Shown here: positions 31,988-42,388 of the stretch, piece after piece
Layout: every line of letters starts with the position of its first letter
How positions within the stretch are numbered: position 1 is the first letter of the stretch
Source: Phormidesmis sp.
Lineage (GTDB): Bacteria > Cyanobacteriota > Cyanobacteriia > Leptolyngbyales > Leptolyngbyaceae
NCBI GenBank assembly: GCA_965248535.1
Contig: CBDFJR010000002.1
Location: forward strand, 96,001 to 160,000
Direction of reading: 5' to 3'
DNA length: 64,000 bases
Program-made: the position numbers and the translations under genes
The notes under the pieces: model-generated
Seen by the model: the letters and a program-made list of their open reading frames with translations, nothing else
The model's database searches: none
What the model was told of the DNA's origin: nothing

Positions 31988-32410
31988 ATGGAAACAAAAC
32001 CGCCGCTTCCCCCGTTTACGTTTGAGACCGCAAAAGCTAAAGTTCAAGCTGCCGAAGATGCCTGGAATACCTGCAATCCCGACAAGGTAGCGCTGGCTTA
32101 CACCGAAGATTCGCAGTGGCGCAATCGAGACGAGTTTTTTAGCGGACGAGATGCGATTCGCGAATTTCTTAAGCGCAAGTGGGCAAAAGAATTAGACTAC
32201 CGTTTGAAAAAAGAACTCTGGAGCTTCACCGACGATCGCATCTCAGTCTGCTTTCAATATGAGTGGCACGACGATGCAGACAACTGGTATCGCGCCTATG
32301 GAAACGAACAGTGGGAGTTTGCTGAAAGTGGCTTGATGCGGCGGCGAGAAGCCAGCATTAATGATGTTGCCATTCAAGAGTCTGAACGCATGTTTCAATG
32401 GGAGCGCTAA
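31988..32410 (+). CDS. DUF1348 / NTF2(SnoaL)-like protein
   Basis: [43 protein letters not shown]. Confidence 0.8.
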   Translation: METKPPLPPFTFETAKAKVQAAEDAWNTCNPDKVALAYTEDSQWRNRDEFFSGRDAIREFLKRKWAKELDYRLKKELWSFTDDRISVCFQYEWHDDADNWYRAYGNEQWEFAESGLMRRREASINDVAIQESERMFQWER

Positions 32411-32417
32411 TCGGTTG

Positions 32418-33503
32418 ATGAATAAGAAACTATTGATTACTGAGCTTCAGTCGCAGGGGCTGACGTTAATCGACTCCGAGACTGGAGCATCGGGGCGAAA
32501 AGGGGGAGCCGGCCCTTCAGATCACAAAGCGGTGACCGTAGATGGCACAACAATCATGGTGCCGATCTACAACAATGTGGCAGCCCGATCGCCCTACACC
32601 ATCCGCAATAGTTCATCAGCAGAGTTGTTGTTAGAACGTTATGGAGAGGCAGTTTCGGCGATTAGCTTTCCGCAACAGCCGCAGTTCTATAATCTCACCA
32701 CAACAGACGGCATTCCCTATTGGAAGATTGCTCTGTTGCACAGCCGAGATGTGTTAGCCACCACCGTTATGCAAACCTGCATTCGCTATGGTGACACCGC
32801 AACGTCGTGTCAATTTTGCGCGATCGGGCAATCTCTAGACTCTGGCAAAACCATTGCCCGCAAGACTCCGGCTCAACTTGCAGAAGTCGCAGAAGCCGCC
32901 GTTCGGCTGGATGGAGTCAAGCATTTAGTGATGACGATCGGCACACCCAACACCCACGATCGCGGAGCCGCTTATCTGATCGACTGTGCTGTTGCGATCA
33001 AAGCTAGAGTTGATCTGCCCATTCAAGCGCAGTGTGAGCCACCTGACGATTTTGCCTGGTTCGATCGCATGAAAACGGCGGGCATCGACAGTTTAGGAAT
33101 GCACTTAGAAGCGGCAGATCCGCAGGTTCGGGCTAAGATTATGCCCGGTAAGGCAACAGTGCCCGTAGAGTATTACTTTGCGGCCTTTGCAGCCGCCGTT
33201 AAGGTGTTTGGCTGGGGACAAGTCAGCACTTATTTACTCGCTGGGTTAGGGGACAGTTTAGAGACTTTGTTGGAAGTCAGCGATCGCTTAATTCAAATCG
33301 GAGTTTATCCGTTTGTGGTGCCGTTTGTTCCCATTACCGGAACTCCATTAGCCCATTATCCTTCCCCCAAAAGTGAATTAATGTTCACTCTCTATGAGCG
33401 CATTGGGGCCCAACTCAAACAAGCCGGAATGTCATCAGCAGATGTGAAAGCCGGGTGTGCAAAGTGTGGGGCCTGTTCAGCAATCTCTAACTTTGAATCT
33501 TGA
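32418..33503 (+). CDS. Radical SAM protein, MSMEG_0568 family (NitD)
   Basis: GGAGPSDH, extended CX9CX2C (CIRYGDTATSCQFC), C-terminal GCAKCGAC. Confidence 0.85.
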   Translation: MNKKLLITELQSQGLTLIDSETGASGRKGGAGPSDHKAVTVDGTTIMVPIYNNVAARSPYTIRNSSSAELLLERYGEAVSAISFPQQPQFYNLTTTDGIPYWKIALLHSRDVLATTVMQTCIRYGDTATSCQFCAIGQSLDSGKTIARKTPAQLAEVAEAAVRLDGVKHLVMTIGTPNTHDRGAAYLIDCAVAIKARVDLPIQAQCEPPDDFAWFDRMKTAGIDSLGMHLEAADPQVRAKIMPGKATVPVEYYFAAFAAAVKVFGWGQVSTYLLAGLGDSLETLLEVSDRLIQIGVYPFVVPFVPITGTPLAHYPSPKSELMFTLYERIGAQLKQAGMSSADVKAGCAKCGACSAISNFES

Positions 33504-33506
33504 TTC

Positions 33507-34001
33507 ATGTACCAATTTAAACTAGCCGCTAGTTCTCGCGAAATTGACGATTACTTTGCACTTCGTCGCACCATTTTTGTTGAAGAACAGCAAATCTTTG
33601 AAAATGACGATCGGGACGACATTGATCACAGTGCCTACCCGATCGTGGCGATTGCTCCTAACCACCAAGTGATCGGCGTAGTCCGAATCTATGAAGTCGA
33701 ACCCGGTGTGTGGTATGGCGGCAGACTCGGCACTCATGCTAACCATCGCAAAGGCTGGAAAATCGGCAAAGGACTGATCCATAAAGCAGTCACAACTGCC
33801 AACATGTGGGGATGCCACCAGTTTTTAGCGACCGTGCAGATGCAAAATGTGCGATTTTTTCAACGATTTCACTGGCAGTCTCTTGAAGAACGCTTGATCT
33901 GCGATCGTCTCCATCACTTAATGGAAGCTGACCTCAAGTTCTACCCAGCTAGCCCTGATATGGGGTCGAGGGTGTTGCTGCGATCGCAGGAGGCTTCTTA
34001 A
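33507..34001 (+). CDS. GNAT acetyltransferase, Sll0786 type (NitE)
   Basis: LRR.IFVEEQ, WYGGRLG, FLATVQ..NV.FF. Confidence 0.85.
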   Translation: MYQFKLAASSREIDDYFALRRTIFVEEQQIFENDDRDDIDHSAYPIVAIAPNHQVIGVVRIYEVEPGVWYGGRLGTHANHRKGWKIGKGLIHKAVTTANMWGCHQFLATVQMQNVRFFQRFHWQSLEERLICDRLHHLMEADLKFYPASPDMGSRVLLRSQEAS

Positions 34002-35032
34002 TGCTGTCGTCTCTCATAGAACGGCTCCAACAATCGTTGAGTCTCGTACAAAAACAAGATATTCAAACCGCTTCGCAGGCATTATCAGTCGGCGCAAACT
34101 GGCAATCTGCTGAAGTGCTATTAGGCGATGACTGTGCGGCGATTCCTGATGAAGATGGCTACTTGCTATTGGCAGCCGAGGGAATGTTGCCCTCTCTGGT
34201 CGAGACAGACCCTTGGTTTGCGGGGTGGTGTGCAGTGATGGTGAATGTGAGTGACATCTATGCGATGGGCGGATATCCGATCGCGATCGTCGATGCTCTA
34301 TGGAGTCGATCAACCGATCTCACTGCCTCAATTTGGGACGGCATGAAGGCGGCGGCTGACGCTTATAGAGTCCCGATCGTGGGCGGTCACACCAACTGCC
34401 ATAGCCCCTACAATGCCCTATCAGTGGCGATTTTGGGACGGGCGACGCGATTGATCACGAGCTTTAACGCCCGATCGGGTGACCAACTTCTCGTCATCGC
34501 TGATTTTCGCGGACACCTTCACCCCGACTCTCTCTTCTGGGATGCCGCAACCACTGCCGATGCCGGGCAGCTTCGCAAAAATCTCGCCCTCCTCCCTCAA
34601 CTAGCCGAAACTGAATTGTGTGACGCGGGAAAAGACATCAGCGCGGGCGGCATCATCGGCACCCTGTTAATGTTGCTAGAAACCTCTGGCTGCGGAGCCG
34701 TTTTGGATTTAGATCTGATTCCCTGCCCTCAAGACCTCTCTCTCGAACAGTGGCTCGTTAGCTTTCCAAGTTATGGGTTTCTTCTCAGCGTCCGCCCCGA
34801 TCGCGTCTCTACGATTCAGTCTTGTTTTCATCAACAAAGCTTAATCTGTGAAGTTATTGGAGCCGTGCAGTCCACTCGCGAACTGGTGCTGCAATCAAGC
34901 AAAGCGGATGCTCAATCATCGCACCTAGAATCGGCTGTGTTTTGGAATTTATCTGATCAGAAACTAACGGGCTTTTCAAAGAGACCACGTAGCCCCCTAG
35001 AACATAACGCAACCCATAGTCCCCTATATTAA
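34001..35032 (+). CDS. AIR synthase/SelD-like protein, Sll0787 type (NitF)
   Basis: GDDCAAI, VNVSDIYAMGG, VGGHTN, KDIS.GG. Confidence 0.85.
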   Translation: MLSSLIERLQQSLSLVQKQDIQTASQALSVGANWQSAEVLLGDDCAAIPDEDGYLLLAAEGMLPSLVETDPWFAGWCAVMVNVSDIYAMGGYPIAIVDALWSRSTDLTASIWDGMKAAADAYRVPIVGGHTNCHSPYNALSVAILGRATRLITSFNARSGDQLLVIADFRGHLHPDSLFWDAATTADAGQLRKNLALLPQLAETELCDAGKDISAGGIIGTLLMLLETSGCGAVLDLDLIPCPQDLSLEQWLVSFPSYGFLLSVRPDRVSTIQSCFHQQSLICEVIGAVQSTRELVLQSSKADAQSSHLESAVFWNLSDQKLTGFSKRPRSPLEHNATHSPLY

Positions 35033-35090
35033 TAACTTATGTTAAGATTATTCACATAACTTTACATCTTTTCTGTAACAGGCATCCATC

Positions 35091-35636
35091 ATGTCGATTA
35101 CCGTGTTCTTAACCAAGATCCTTAAACCCAGCATCAGTTCTGGCTTTTGGGTTCAGACTACTTGGGCCATCCTCCGCACTGTGGCTGGCATCATGATGAT
35201 CCATAACGGGTTAGACAAGCTAGGCGACATCGAAAGCTTTTCTCACGCCTATGTTGAGGTGATTGGCTTACCCTTTCCGATCGTCTTTAGCTATTTAGCA
35301 GCCTTTACCGAGCTACTCGCCGCGCCGCTGCTGGCTATTGGGTTTTTGACTCGCCCCGCAGCCTTGGGTTTGTTGAGCACCATGGGCGTTGCCATTTACC
35401 ATCATGTTCTCGTCGCTGGGCTAAACCTTCCCTATTTAGAACTGTCTGCCGTCTATGCAGCCTGTTTCTTGCTGTTTACCGTCAATGGGGCGGGCTTGTT
35501 TTCGACCGATGCGCTGATCGTGAATTGGCTTGATGCCAGTGCGCTGTCTTTGCAGGCAAAACAAGTAATGCGCCTAGAGAAGGCTTATCAAGCTACAAAT
35601 TCCCAGAAAGAATCGGTCGGTTCTGCGGCTGACTAA
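35091..35636 (+). CDS. DoxX family membrane protein
   Basis: LR...G...HNGLDKL, E......G..TR.AA, GAG.FS.D. Confidence 0.85.
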   Translation: MSITVFLTKILKPSISSGFWVQTTWAILRTVAGIMMIHNGLDKLGDIESFSHAYVEVIGLPFPIVFSYLAAFTELLAAPLLAIGFLTRPAALGLLSTMGVAIYHHVLVAGLNLPYLELSAVYAACFLLFTVNGAGLFSTDALIVNWLDASALSLQAKQVMRLEKAYQATNSQKESVGSAAD

Positions 35637-35679
35637 CGTTCTGCGATCGCAGGCTCTAGATCATGAATCGCGTTTATCT

Positions 35680-35706
35680 GCCTCAGAAAAAATTCTGGGG
35701 CTTTTT
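35680..35706 (+). terminator. Rho-independent terminator
   Basis: GCCTCAGAA-AAAA-TTCTGGGGC followed by TTTTT, downstream of doxX. Confidence 0.65.
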
Positions 35707-35921
35707 GATGGCGTTTAGTCCGCACCAAACGAGCGCGATCGAGTATCACCCATCTACCTGCTCCAATATTGTCATGACCAGAGTCAAGCATAGACCGACG
35801 TTAGGTAAAATGCAAGTGGCACTTGCAGGCAAAGCTCGAAGTTGGTAGCATAGATGCAATCAGTGCTTGCCTGGTTTTACCGCAACGCCCTGGGAGCTAA
35901 AAATCGAGTCTTTGGAATTTA

Positions 35922-36782
35922 ATGACCTCAAAATCTCTTGCGACTGCTCTTCCTAAGAGCAGCAAGCAGCTTGCGCTTGATTGGACGACGGTAGCTTTTT
36001 TGGCGGTGATGCACGGGCTGGTGCTTCTGGCTCCCTGGTTTTTTTCTTGGTCTGCTTTGGGGGTGGCGCTCTTCCTGCACTGGCTGTTTGGCGGAATCGG
36101 CATTTGCTTAGGATATCACCGACTGCTGAGTCATCGAAGTTTTCAAGTGCCTAAGTGGTTAGAGTATACGATCGCCACCCTAGGCGCGTTAGCGATTCAG
36201 GGCAGCCCCTTGGCTTGGGTGGGTGGGCACCGTCAACACCACGCCCACACCGAAGACCTTGATAAAGACCCTTATTCGGCACGGCGCGGCTTTTGGTGGA
36301 GCCACATGCTATGGCTGATCTACCGTCGCCCAGAGTTTTTTGACCGCGAAGCCTACTTTAAAAATGCCCCTGACCTAGCCAAACAACCCTTTTATCGCTG
36401 GCTCGATCGCTACTTTTTGATCTTGCAAATTCCCCTAGCCATCTTGCTATATGGGCTAGGCGGGTGGTCGTTTGTGATCTATGGGATTGTGGTGCGATCG
36501 GTCTTATTGTGGCACTCCACTTGGCTGGTTAACTCGGCCGCTCACGCTTGGGGCTATCGCACCTTTGACGTTGAAGATGGTGCTCGCAATCTCTGGTGGG
36601 TTTCTCTGTTGACCTATGGTGAAGGCTGGCACAACAATCACCACGCCTACCCCCATGTGGCAAAAGCGGGCTGGCGCTGGTGGGAGATTGACACCACTTG
36701 GTGGGCGATTCAAGTTCTTAAAGGCTTGGGTCTAGCCAAGAAGATCGTCAGGAACCCCATGCTCAATGATAAAAGCCTGTGA
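35922..36782 (+). CDS. desC: Delta-9 acyl-lipid desaturase
   Basis: His boxes HRLLSH, HRQHH, HNNHH; GEGWHNNHH. Confidence 0.88.
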   Translation: MTSKSLATALPKSSKQLALDWTTVAFLAVMHGLVLLAPWFFSWSALGVALFLHWLFGGIGICLGYHRLLSHRSFQVPKWLEYTIATLGALAIQGSPLAWVGGHRQHHAHTEDLDKDPYSARRGFWWSHMLWLIYRRPEFFDREAYFKNAPDLAKQPFYRWLDRYFLILQIPLAILLYGLGGWSFVIYGIVVRSVLLWHSTWLVNSAAHAWGYRTFDVEDGARNLWWVSLLTYGEGWHNNHHAYPHVAKAGWRWWEIDTTWWAIQVLKGLGLAKKIVRNPMLNDKSL

Positions 36783-36787
36783 AATCG

Positions 36788-37273
36788 CTACTCTCCTTGC
36801 ACGGTCAATCGATAGTTTTGACGAATGCCTGGCTCGATCGAGCCAACCCACACTTGATAGGTGCCTGCTTGCCAATCGCCATCTTCTAAGATGGCCCCCT
36901 TGTTTGAAGAGTTGGTGTTATCCCCACAGCGGACTGAGTTGTCAGACCCCTTGATCACGATCGTGGTCTCTCGATCGCCACTGGTCACTTTTAGCCTCAG
37001 CTTTGCGAAGGGCTTTTGCAACACGAGCAGGTGATCAGGCTTGGGGTCGCCAAAGCCGAGACATTTTTTGTCATGGCGATCGCTATTGCTGACGATGGCA
37101 GGCAGCGAAGTCGAGCCGCCCGTCGAGCCGTTTAAATTTCCAGCCGTGCTGCCAGCACTCAAGGTCAGGGTGCCAAAGTTGGCAGTCTGCGCCCAAACAG
37201 GAACCGCACCAAAAACGGTCAACGTTAAGAGCAAAGAGTTCCAGCTAAATCGATGCTTTTGCCAAATTAACAT
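36788..37273 (-). CDS. Secreted hypothetical protein (PPC-like beta domain)
   Basis: Signal peptide; C.G....PDH and W.AGTYQVWVG motifs. Confidence 0.7.
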   Translation of the reverse strand: MLIWQKHRFSWNSLLLTLTVFGAVPVWAQTANFGTLTLSAGSTAGNLNGSTGGSTSLPAIVSNSDRHDKKCLGFGDPKPDHLLVLQKPFAKLRLKVTSGDRETTIVIKGSDNSVRCGDNTNSSNKGAILEDGDWQAGTYQVWVGSIEPGIRQNYRLTVQGE

Positions 37274-37608
37274 TTCAACAGTCTCACTTGATAAACACTA
37301 AAAATTTAGGCGTTAGAACTTCAGATTTGACCCATTCCGGTTAGATGAAGCTTATCAGTTGACACACTCTCTCTTTGATCACAATCTTTTAATAATCTTT
37401 CTAGCTAGAGAAGTCTCCGTATTTTGGTTCATGTCTCAGTATTAAAAATCACACACTAAGATAGAAGATTTTGCCCTAACAAACGCTGAGCAGATTAGGT
37501 ATAAAAGTAACCATAGAGGCAGATTGAGGTCACTCTCACTGCGCCTCGCTACAGCGGAGCAACTGTTTGATTGGTGATAACCCAGCCGATCGAGCCAAGC
37601 GATAGCTT

Positions 37609-37806
37609 GTGACGATCGTTCAACAACCGTCCCCTAAAGGAGCCTTGATGCCGTTGCTAGGTTTGAGTCTGATAGTGGTCGTCGGGTTATTGCTCACTCA
37701 AGTTTTGCTGATAGTTCCTTTAGAGCTAGTTTCTGTGGTCAAAGTTCCCCTTTGGCTAATGGCATTGGGTTTATTAATCCTATTTGCTTGGCTTTTAGGT
37801 GATTAG
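37609..37806 (+). CDS. Small two-TM membrane protein (start possibly ATG 37648)
   Basis: Strongly hydrophobic; AAAGGAG precedes the internal ATG. Confidence 0.55.
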   Translation: MTIVQQPSPKGALMPLLGLSLIVVVGLLLTQVLLIVPLELVSVVKVPLWLMALGLLILFAWLLGD

Positions 37807-37999
37807 TGGGTCTTCAATCACTGGAGTTGAAGGTCGTGAAAGCACTGATTTCTTAAGAGAATCTTAAGCTCAAAAAGCACATTTAACAGATGGCTCGATA
37901 GAGCTAATAAACACCCTTATTAACGTGTGTTCTAACCAGAGGACGATCGCCCTCGATTGACCTTCTCTCAGAGCAGCACCCAAACCCAAAGGCACCCTT

Positions 38000-40900
38000 A
38001 TGACTGACGTTCACCTCCCTAACAGCGTAGCTTATCGCATCGAAACCTTTATGGGCCAATCGCTGTTGGATCAAGAAACGGCCAGACTTGCCGCCCTCGG
38101 CGAGTACAACATTCTAGACACTGGCTCAGAAGACGTGTTTGATCAGCTAGCCCGCTTGACCGCTACTCTGTGTGACACCCCGATCGCTTTCATCAGCTTT
38201 ATTGACGACGATCGTCAGTGGTTTAAAGCCAAAATCGGCATCGAAGCCTCAGTCATGCCCCGTAGCAAAGCCATGTGTGCTCATACGATGACTCAATCAG
38301 ATGTGCTGGTGATCGTTGATGCGTCAGGAGAAGAGCGATTTATCACCAACCCCCAAGGGGCAGCGGCTTTGCCGATCCGAGTCTATGCGGGGGTGCCTCT
38401 GATCAATTCAGAAGGCTATGTGCTGGGCACTTTGGGCGTGATGAACTATGTGCCGCAGTCCTTTTCACCCAAAGAATTAGATATTTTGCGATCGCTCGGT
38501 CAGCAAGTGATGGCCCAACTTGAGCAGCGCCGCCAAATCATCCGCTTGCAGCGAGCCATCGTTCCGAGCAAAACCATCGATATTCATCAACATTTGCGTC
38601 TGCAACACGCGATCGCTCACGTTTTGGCAGAGTCTCTCACCCTCGCTGAAGCCACCCCTCGACTCTTAGAAGCCATTTGCCGTAGCTCTTCGTGGGATGT
38701 AGGGGAATTGTGGATGGTCGATCGGGCGGCTAATGTGATTCGCTGTGCCGCCAACTGGGCCGAACCCTCCGATCGCCAACTTGATGAGTTTGCAACGGGT
38801 GCTAAAGAATGGGTGTTTGCGCCGGGTTTAGGGCTGCCTGGCGGCGTTTGGGCCAGTGGCGAACCGCTTTGGCTCACCGATGCCATTTACGATAAGCGCT
38901 TTTTGCGCGCCCCGATCGCCGATCGAGCCGGGTTACACAGCGCCTTGGGCTGCCCCATCTCTAGCCGTGGAGACGTGTTGGGCGTGATCACCCTATTTAG
39001 TCACGAGATCCAACCGCCTGACGAAAACTCTATGCTGCTGCTGATGGGGGCAATCAGCCATCAGGTGGGCCAGTTTGTTGAGCGCAAGCAAGCCGAAGAA
39101 GAAGTTCAGCGGCAAACGCTGCGATCGCATCTCTTCGCCGCGATCACCCTCCGCATTCGTCAGTCGCTGAATTTAGACGAAATTCTCTCAACTACCGTGG
39201 CAGAAGTGAGGCAGTTTTTGCAAGCCGATCGCGTCGTCATCTATCGATTGAACCCCGAAGGAAACGGCTCTGTCTTAGTTGAGTCGGTCAACGCTGCCTG
39301 GGCACCCAGTTTGGGCGCAGTGATCGAAGACACCTGCTTTGAAGATGGGCGCTGGAGTCTCTATCATCAGGGGCAAACCCTCGCGATCGACGATATTGAA
39401 CTCGCAAATCTCACCGCCTGCCACAGACAGCTATTGAGAAAGTTTCAGGTGAGAGCCAATTTAGTCGTGCCCATTTTGCAAGGTCGCGGAGCCGTTCACG
39501 ATCCGTCTCTCTGGGGGCTGCTGATCGCTCATCAATGTGGAACTCCTCGCCACTGGCAAAATTTTGAGGTCAACTTCTTAACTCAACTGGCTGATCAGGT
39601 CGGCATTGCCTTGAGTCAAGCGCGACTTTTGACCCAAGAAACCCAGCAGCGAGAACAGCTAGCCTGCCAAAACCTGGCCCTTGACCAGGCGCGGGCAGAA
39701 GCCGAACGGGCCTCAGAGATGAAAAGCACGTTTTTGGCGATGATGAGCCACGAAATTCGGACTCCGATGAATGCCGTGTTGGGGATGACGGGCTTGTTGC
39801 TAGACACCGATCTCAGACCCGATCAGCAAGACTTTGTTGAAACCATCCAGTCAAGCGGAGACAGCTTGCTGATGTTGATCAATCAAATTCTAGATTTCTC
39901 AAAGCTAGAAGCGGGCGAAATGGAACTCGAAGCCCTAGACTTTAATCTAGATGCCTGCATTGAAGAAGTGGCGGATTTGCTGGCTGCCTCTGCCCACGCT
40001 AAAAAACTTGAACTCGGCACGCTCATTTATCGAGATCTGCCTACTAAGCTGCGCGGTGATGTGGGTCGTTTGCGGCAGGTTCTGACCAATTTAGTCAGCA
40101 ACGCCATTAAGTTTACCCATACCGGAGACGTGCTGATTCAGGCAGGGTTGCAGTCTGAAACTGAGACGACGGTGACGATCGCCTTCTCGGTCACCGATAC
40201 TGGCATTGGCATTTCTCTAGAGGCTCAGAAAAAGCTATTTCATCCCTTTGCTCAGGTTGACGCGTCAATGACTCGCAAATATGGAGGAACCGGGTTAGGA
40301 CTGGCCATTTCTAAACAATTAGTCGAGTTGATGAGCGGCACGATCGGGGTGAACAGTCACGAACACCACGGCTCACAGTTCTGGTTTAATCTCACCTTTG
40401 AAAAACAGACGACGGCGATCGCCGATGTTGAATCTGCGCCCAAATTTCTCCCCAATTTGAGCCAGCTTCGAGTCTTGATCGTGGATGACAATGCCACCAA
40501 TCGCAAGATTCTGCGCTATCAGCTTTCTGCCTGGGGCATTGAGTCTGATGAGGCTAACAGTGCCACAACCGCTCTGGTAGCGTTGCGCGATCGCGTCTAT
40601 GGGGGGCAACCCTATCATCTAGCGATTTTAGATATGCAAATGCCAGAGATCGATGGCGAAGCCCTGGGCTTGCAGATCAAAGCGGATTCTGTCTTGTCGC
40701 CGACTACCTTGATTATGATGACTTCAGTGCATCCCAAGGGAGGCGCAAAGCGAATGCTGGCAGCCGGGTTTTCTGGCTATCTGGTCAAGCCTGTTAAACC
40801 GTCTCGCTTGCTCGATTGCCTGATGACAGCGCTCACCCAAGCCTCAGTGCCGCAGTCAATGCCGCAATCAGTGCCGCAACTTGTCCCCTATTCTCAAGCG

Positions 40901-41758
40901 GTGGAGCTATTGCCGAGAGGTTTAACGCCGTCGCCTCTCAACACCCTTTCGGCGGTCTCGATCGCGTCTCCTCTAGTCCAATCGACTGCATCTTTATACC
41001 CAAGTTTTTCGTCAAACAAAAAGATTTCAAAGCTCAAAATCTTGCTGGTAGAAGATAATGCAGTCAATCAAAAAGTAACTTTAAATCAGTTAAAAAATCT
41101 GGGTTACACTGCTGACGTTGCTGCCAATGGTCGAGAAGCCCTGCACATGATTCGGCAGATTTCTTACAACCTAGTGTTGATGGATTGCCAGATGCCAATT
41201 TTAGATGGCTATGGGGCGACTCAAGAGATTCGTCAGTTTGAAGGAGATCAGCAACGAACGATCGTGATTGCCCTGACCGCCAATGCGCTGCGTGAAGATC
41301 GAGAAAGATGTCTAGCGGCTGGCATGGATGACTATCTCAGCAAGCCGATTTCAAAAGAAAGGTTGAAGGACAAACTAATTTATTGGGGTGAAGGTTTGGA
41401 AAGCGATCGGGTCAAACGAAAACGGATCACTCTCGCGATCGACTGGGATCATTTGCACCAAATCTCAGACGGCAATGAAGATTTTGAGCGAGAGCTTCTG
41501 CAAATCTTTGTCGAAGACACTTATGATCATCTAGAGGAAGCTCAGTCGGGGCTGCTAGCGGGCGATCATCTGGCGGTTTCGCGGGCAGCCCATCATGTCA
41601 AGGGGGCAAGTGCCAACGTGGGCTTAAAAGAGATGCGGGCGATCGCAGGCAAGTTAGAAACCGATGCTCACGCCAACCACTTATCTGAAGCAGCGGCTAT
41701 GCTAGCGGGGTTGGCAGACTTGCTCCAAGCTGTGCAGGCTTTTCTAGCTCAAGACTAA
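38000..41758 (+). CDS. Hybrid histidine kinase: GAF-GAF-CBCR GAF-HisKA-HATPase-REC-REC-Hpt
   Basis: [31 protein letters not shown], two receiver domains, Hpt AHHVKGAS; third GAF has DTCF and CH. Confidence 0.92.
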   Translation: MTDVHLPNSVAYRIETFMGQSLLDQETARLAALGEYNILDTGSEDVFDQLARLTATLCDTPIAFISFIDDDRQWFKAKIGIEASVMPRSKAMCAHTMTQSDVLVIVDASGEERFITNPQGAAALPIRVYAGVPLINSEGYVLGTLGVMNYVPQSFSPKELDILRSLGQQVMAQLEQRRQIIRLQRAIVPSKTIDIHQHLRLQHAIAHVLAESLTLAEATPRLLEAICRSSSWDVGELWMVDRAANVIRCAANWAEPSDRQLDEFATGAKEWVFAPGLGLPGGVWASGEPLWLTDAIYDKRFLRAPIADRAGLHSALGCPISSRGDVLGVITLFSHEIQPPDENSMLLLMGAISHQVGQFVERKQAEEEVQRQTLRSHLFAAITLRIRQSLNLDEILSTTVAEVRQFLQADRVVIYRLNPEGNGSVLVESVNAAWAPSLGAVIEDTCFEDGRWSLYHQGQTLAIDDIELANLTACHRQLLRKFQVRANLVVPILQGRGAVHDPSLWGLLIAHQCGTPRHWQNFEVNFLTQLADQVGIALSQARLLTQETQQREQLACQNLALDQARAEAERASEMKSTFLAMMSHEIRTPMNAVLGMTGLLLDTDLRPDQQDFVETIQSSGDSLLMLINQILDFSKLEAGEMELEALDFNLDACIEEVADLLAASAHAKKLELGTLIYRDLPTKLRGDVGRLRQVLTNLVSNAIKFTHTGDVLIQAGLQSETETTVTIAFSVTDTGIGISLEAQKKLFHPFAQVDASMTRKYGGTGLGLAISKQLVELMSGTIGVNSHEHHGSQFWFNLTFEKQTTAIADVESAPKFLPNLSQLRVLIVDDNATNRKILRYQLSAWGIESDEANSATTALVALRDRVYGGQPYHLAILDMQMPEIDGEALGLQIKADSVLSPTTLIMMTSVHPKGGAKRMLAAGFSGYLVKPVKPSRLLDCLMTALTQASVPQSMPQSVPQLVPYSQAVELLPRGLTPSPLNTLSAVSIASPLVQSTASLYPSFSSNKKISKLKILLVEDNAVNQKVTLNQLKNLGYTADVAANGREALHMIRQISYNLVLMDCQMPILDGYGATQEIRQFEGDQQRTIVIALTANALREDRERCLAAGMDDYLSKPISKERLKDKLIYWGEGLESDRVKRKRITLAIDWDHLHQISDGNEDFERELLQIFVEDTYDHLEEAQSGLLAGDHLAVSRAAHHVKGASANVGLKEMRAIAGKLETDAHANHLSEAAAMLAGLADLLQAVQAFLAQD

Positions 41759-41776
41759 AAAACGCTAGTGGTTTCG

Positions 41777-41810
41777 ATCTGGGGTGGATGATGCTTCACC
41801 CCCAGATTTT
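41777..41810 (+). terminator. Probable terminator
   Basis: ATCTGGGGTGGA...TTCACCCCCAGAT followed by Ts after the kinase stop. Confidence 0.5.
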
Positions 41811-42026
41811 GCATAGTTGAAAAAGAATTGATCGATTTCCTCTGGTTGATTGATCATTGCCGTCGTTGGCTATTGAGATGATCTGCAAAAGATTTTCCGG
41901 ATTGTGAATTAAAAGTAGCGAAACTAACAGAGGAATTGATGAAATGTAGGAAAACTGAACCCAGTTTTTAGGCTGACTTGATGGACAAATTGCTATTGAT
42001 CTCAACGCATAGTGATCAGAGTCAAT

Positions 42027-42160
42027 TAACGCGAATTTGACGACTTCGCTATCAGCCCATCGTGCCCCCTAAATCCCCCGGTATTGGGAGGCTTTGACCT
42101 TTGGCTCTCTAGAGTTGGGAGCTGGGGGCGGTTTGCTAAGGGTTCATCAAATTCACATTA
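42027..42160. repeat. Degenerate MITE-like repeat
   Basis: Imperfect IR TAACGCGAATTTGACGA...TCATCAAATTCACATTA, enclosing GCCCCCTAAATCCCCC...GGGGGC. Confidence 0.5.
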
Positions 42161-42388
42161 AATCAAGGTAGATTTTAGGAGGAGCGATCGCTTAAGATAG
42201 CTCTATAAGTTTTGAGATTTTGATCTCTGTAGATCAGAAAACGCGGGGATCACAGCCACCGCAAATCTGCTCCATTTAAGACATGAACTAGAGCAAAAGT
42301 CTGGCGTTTGTCCAGGCTTTTTTCAGATGCTCACAAACGGTCTATAGACAGATCAATCACCGATTTCAATTTCAGAAACTGGGTTAAT

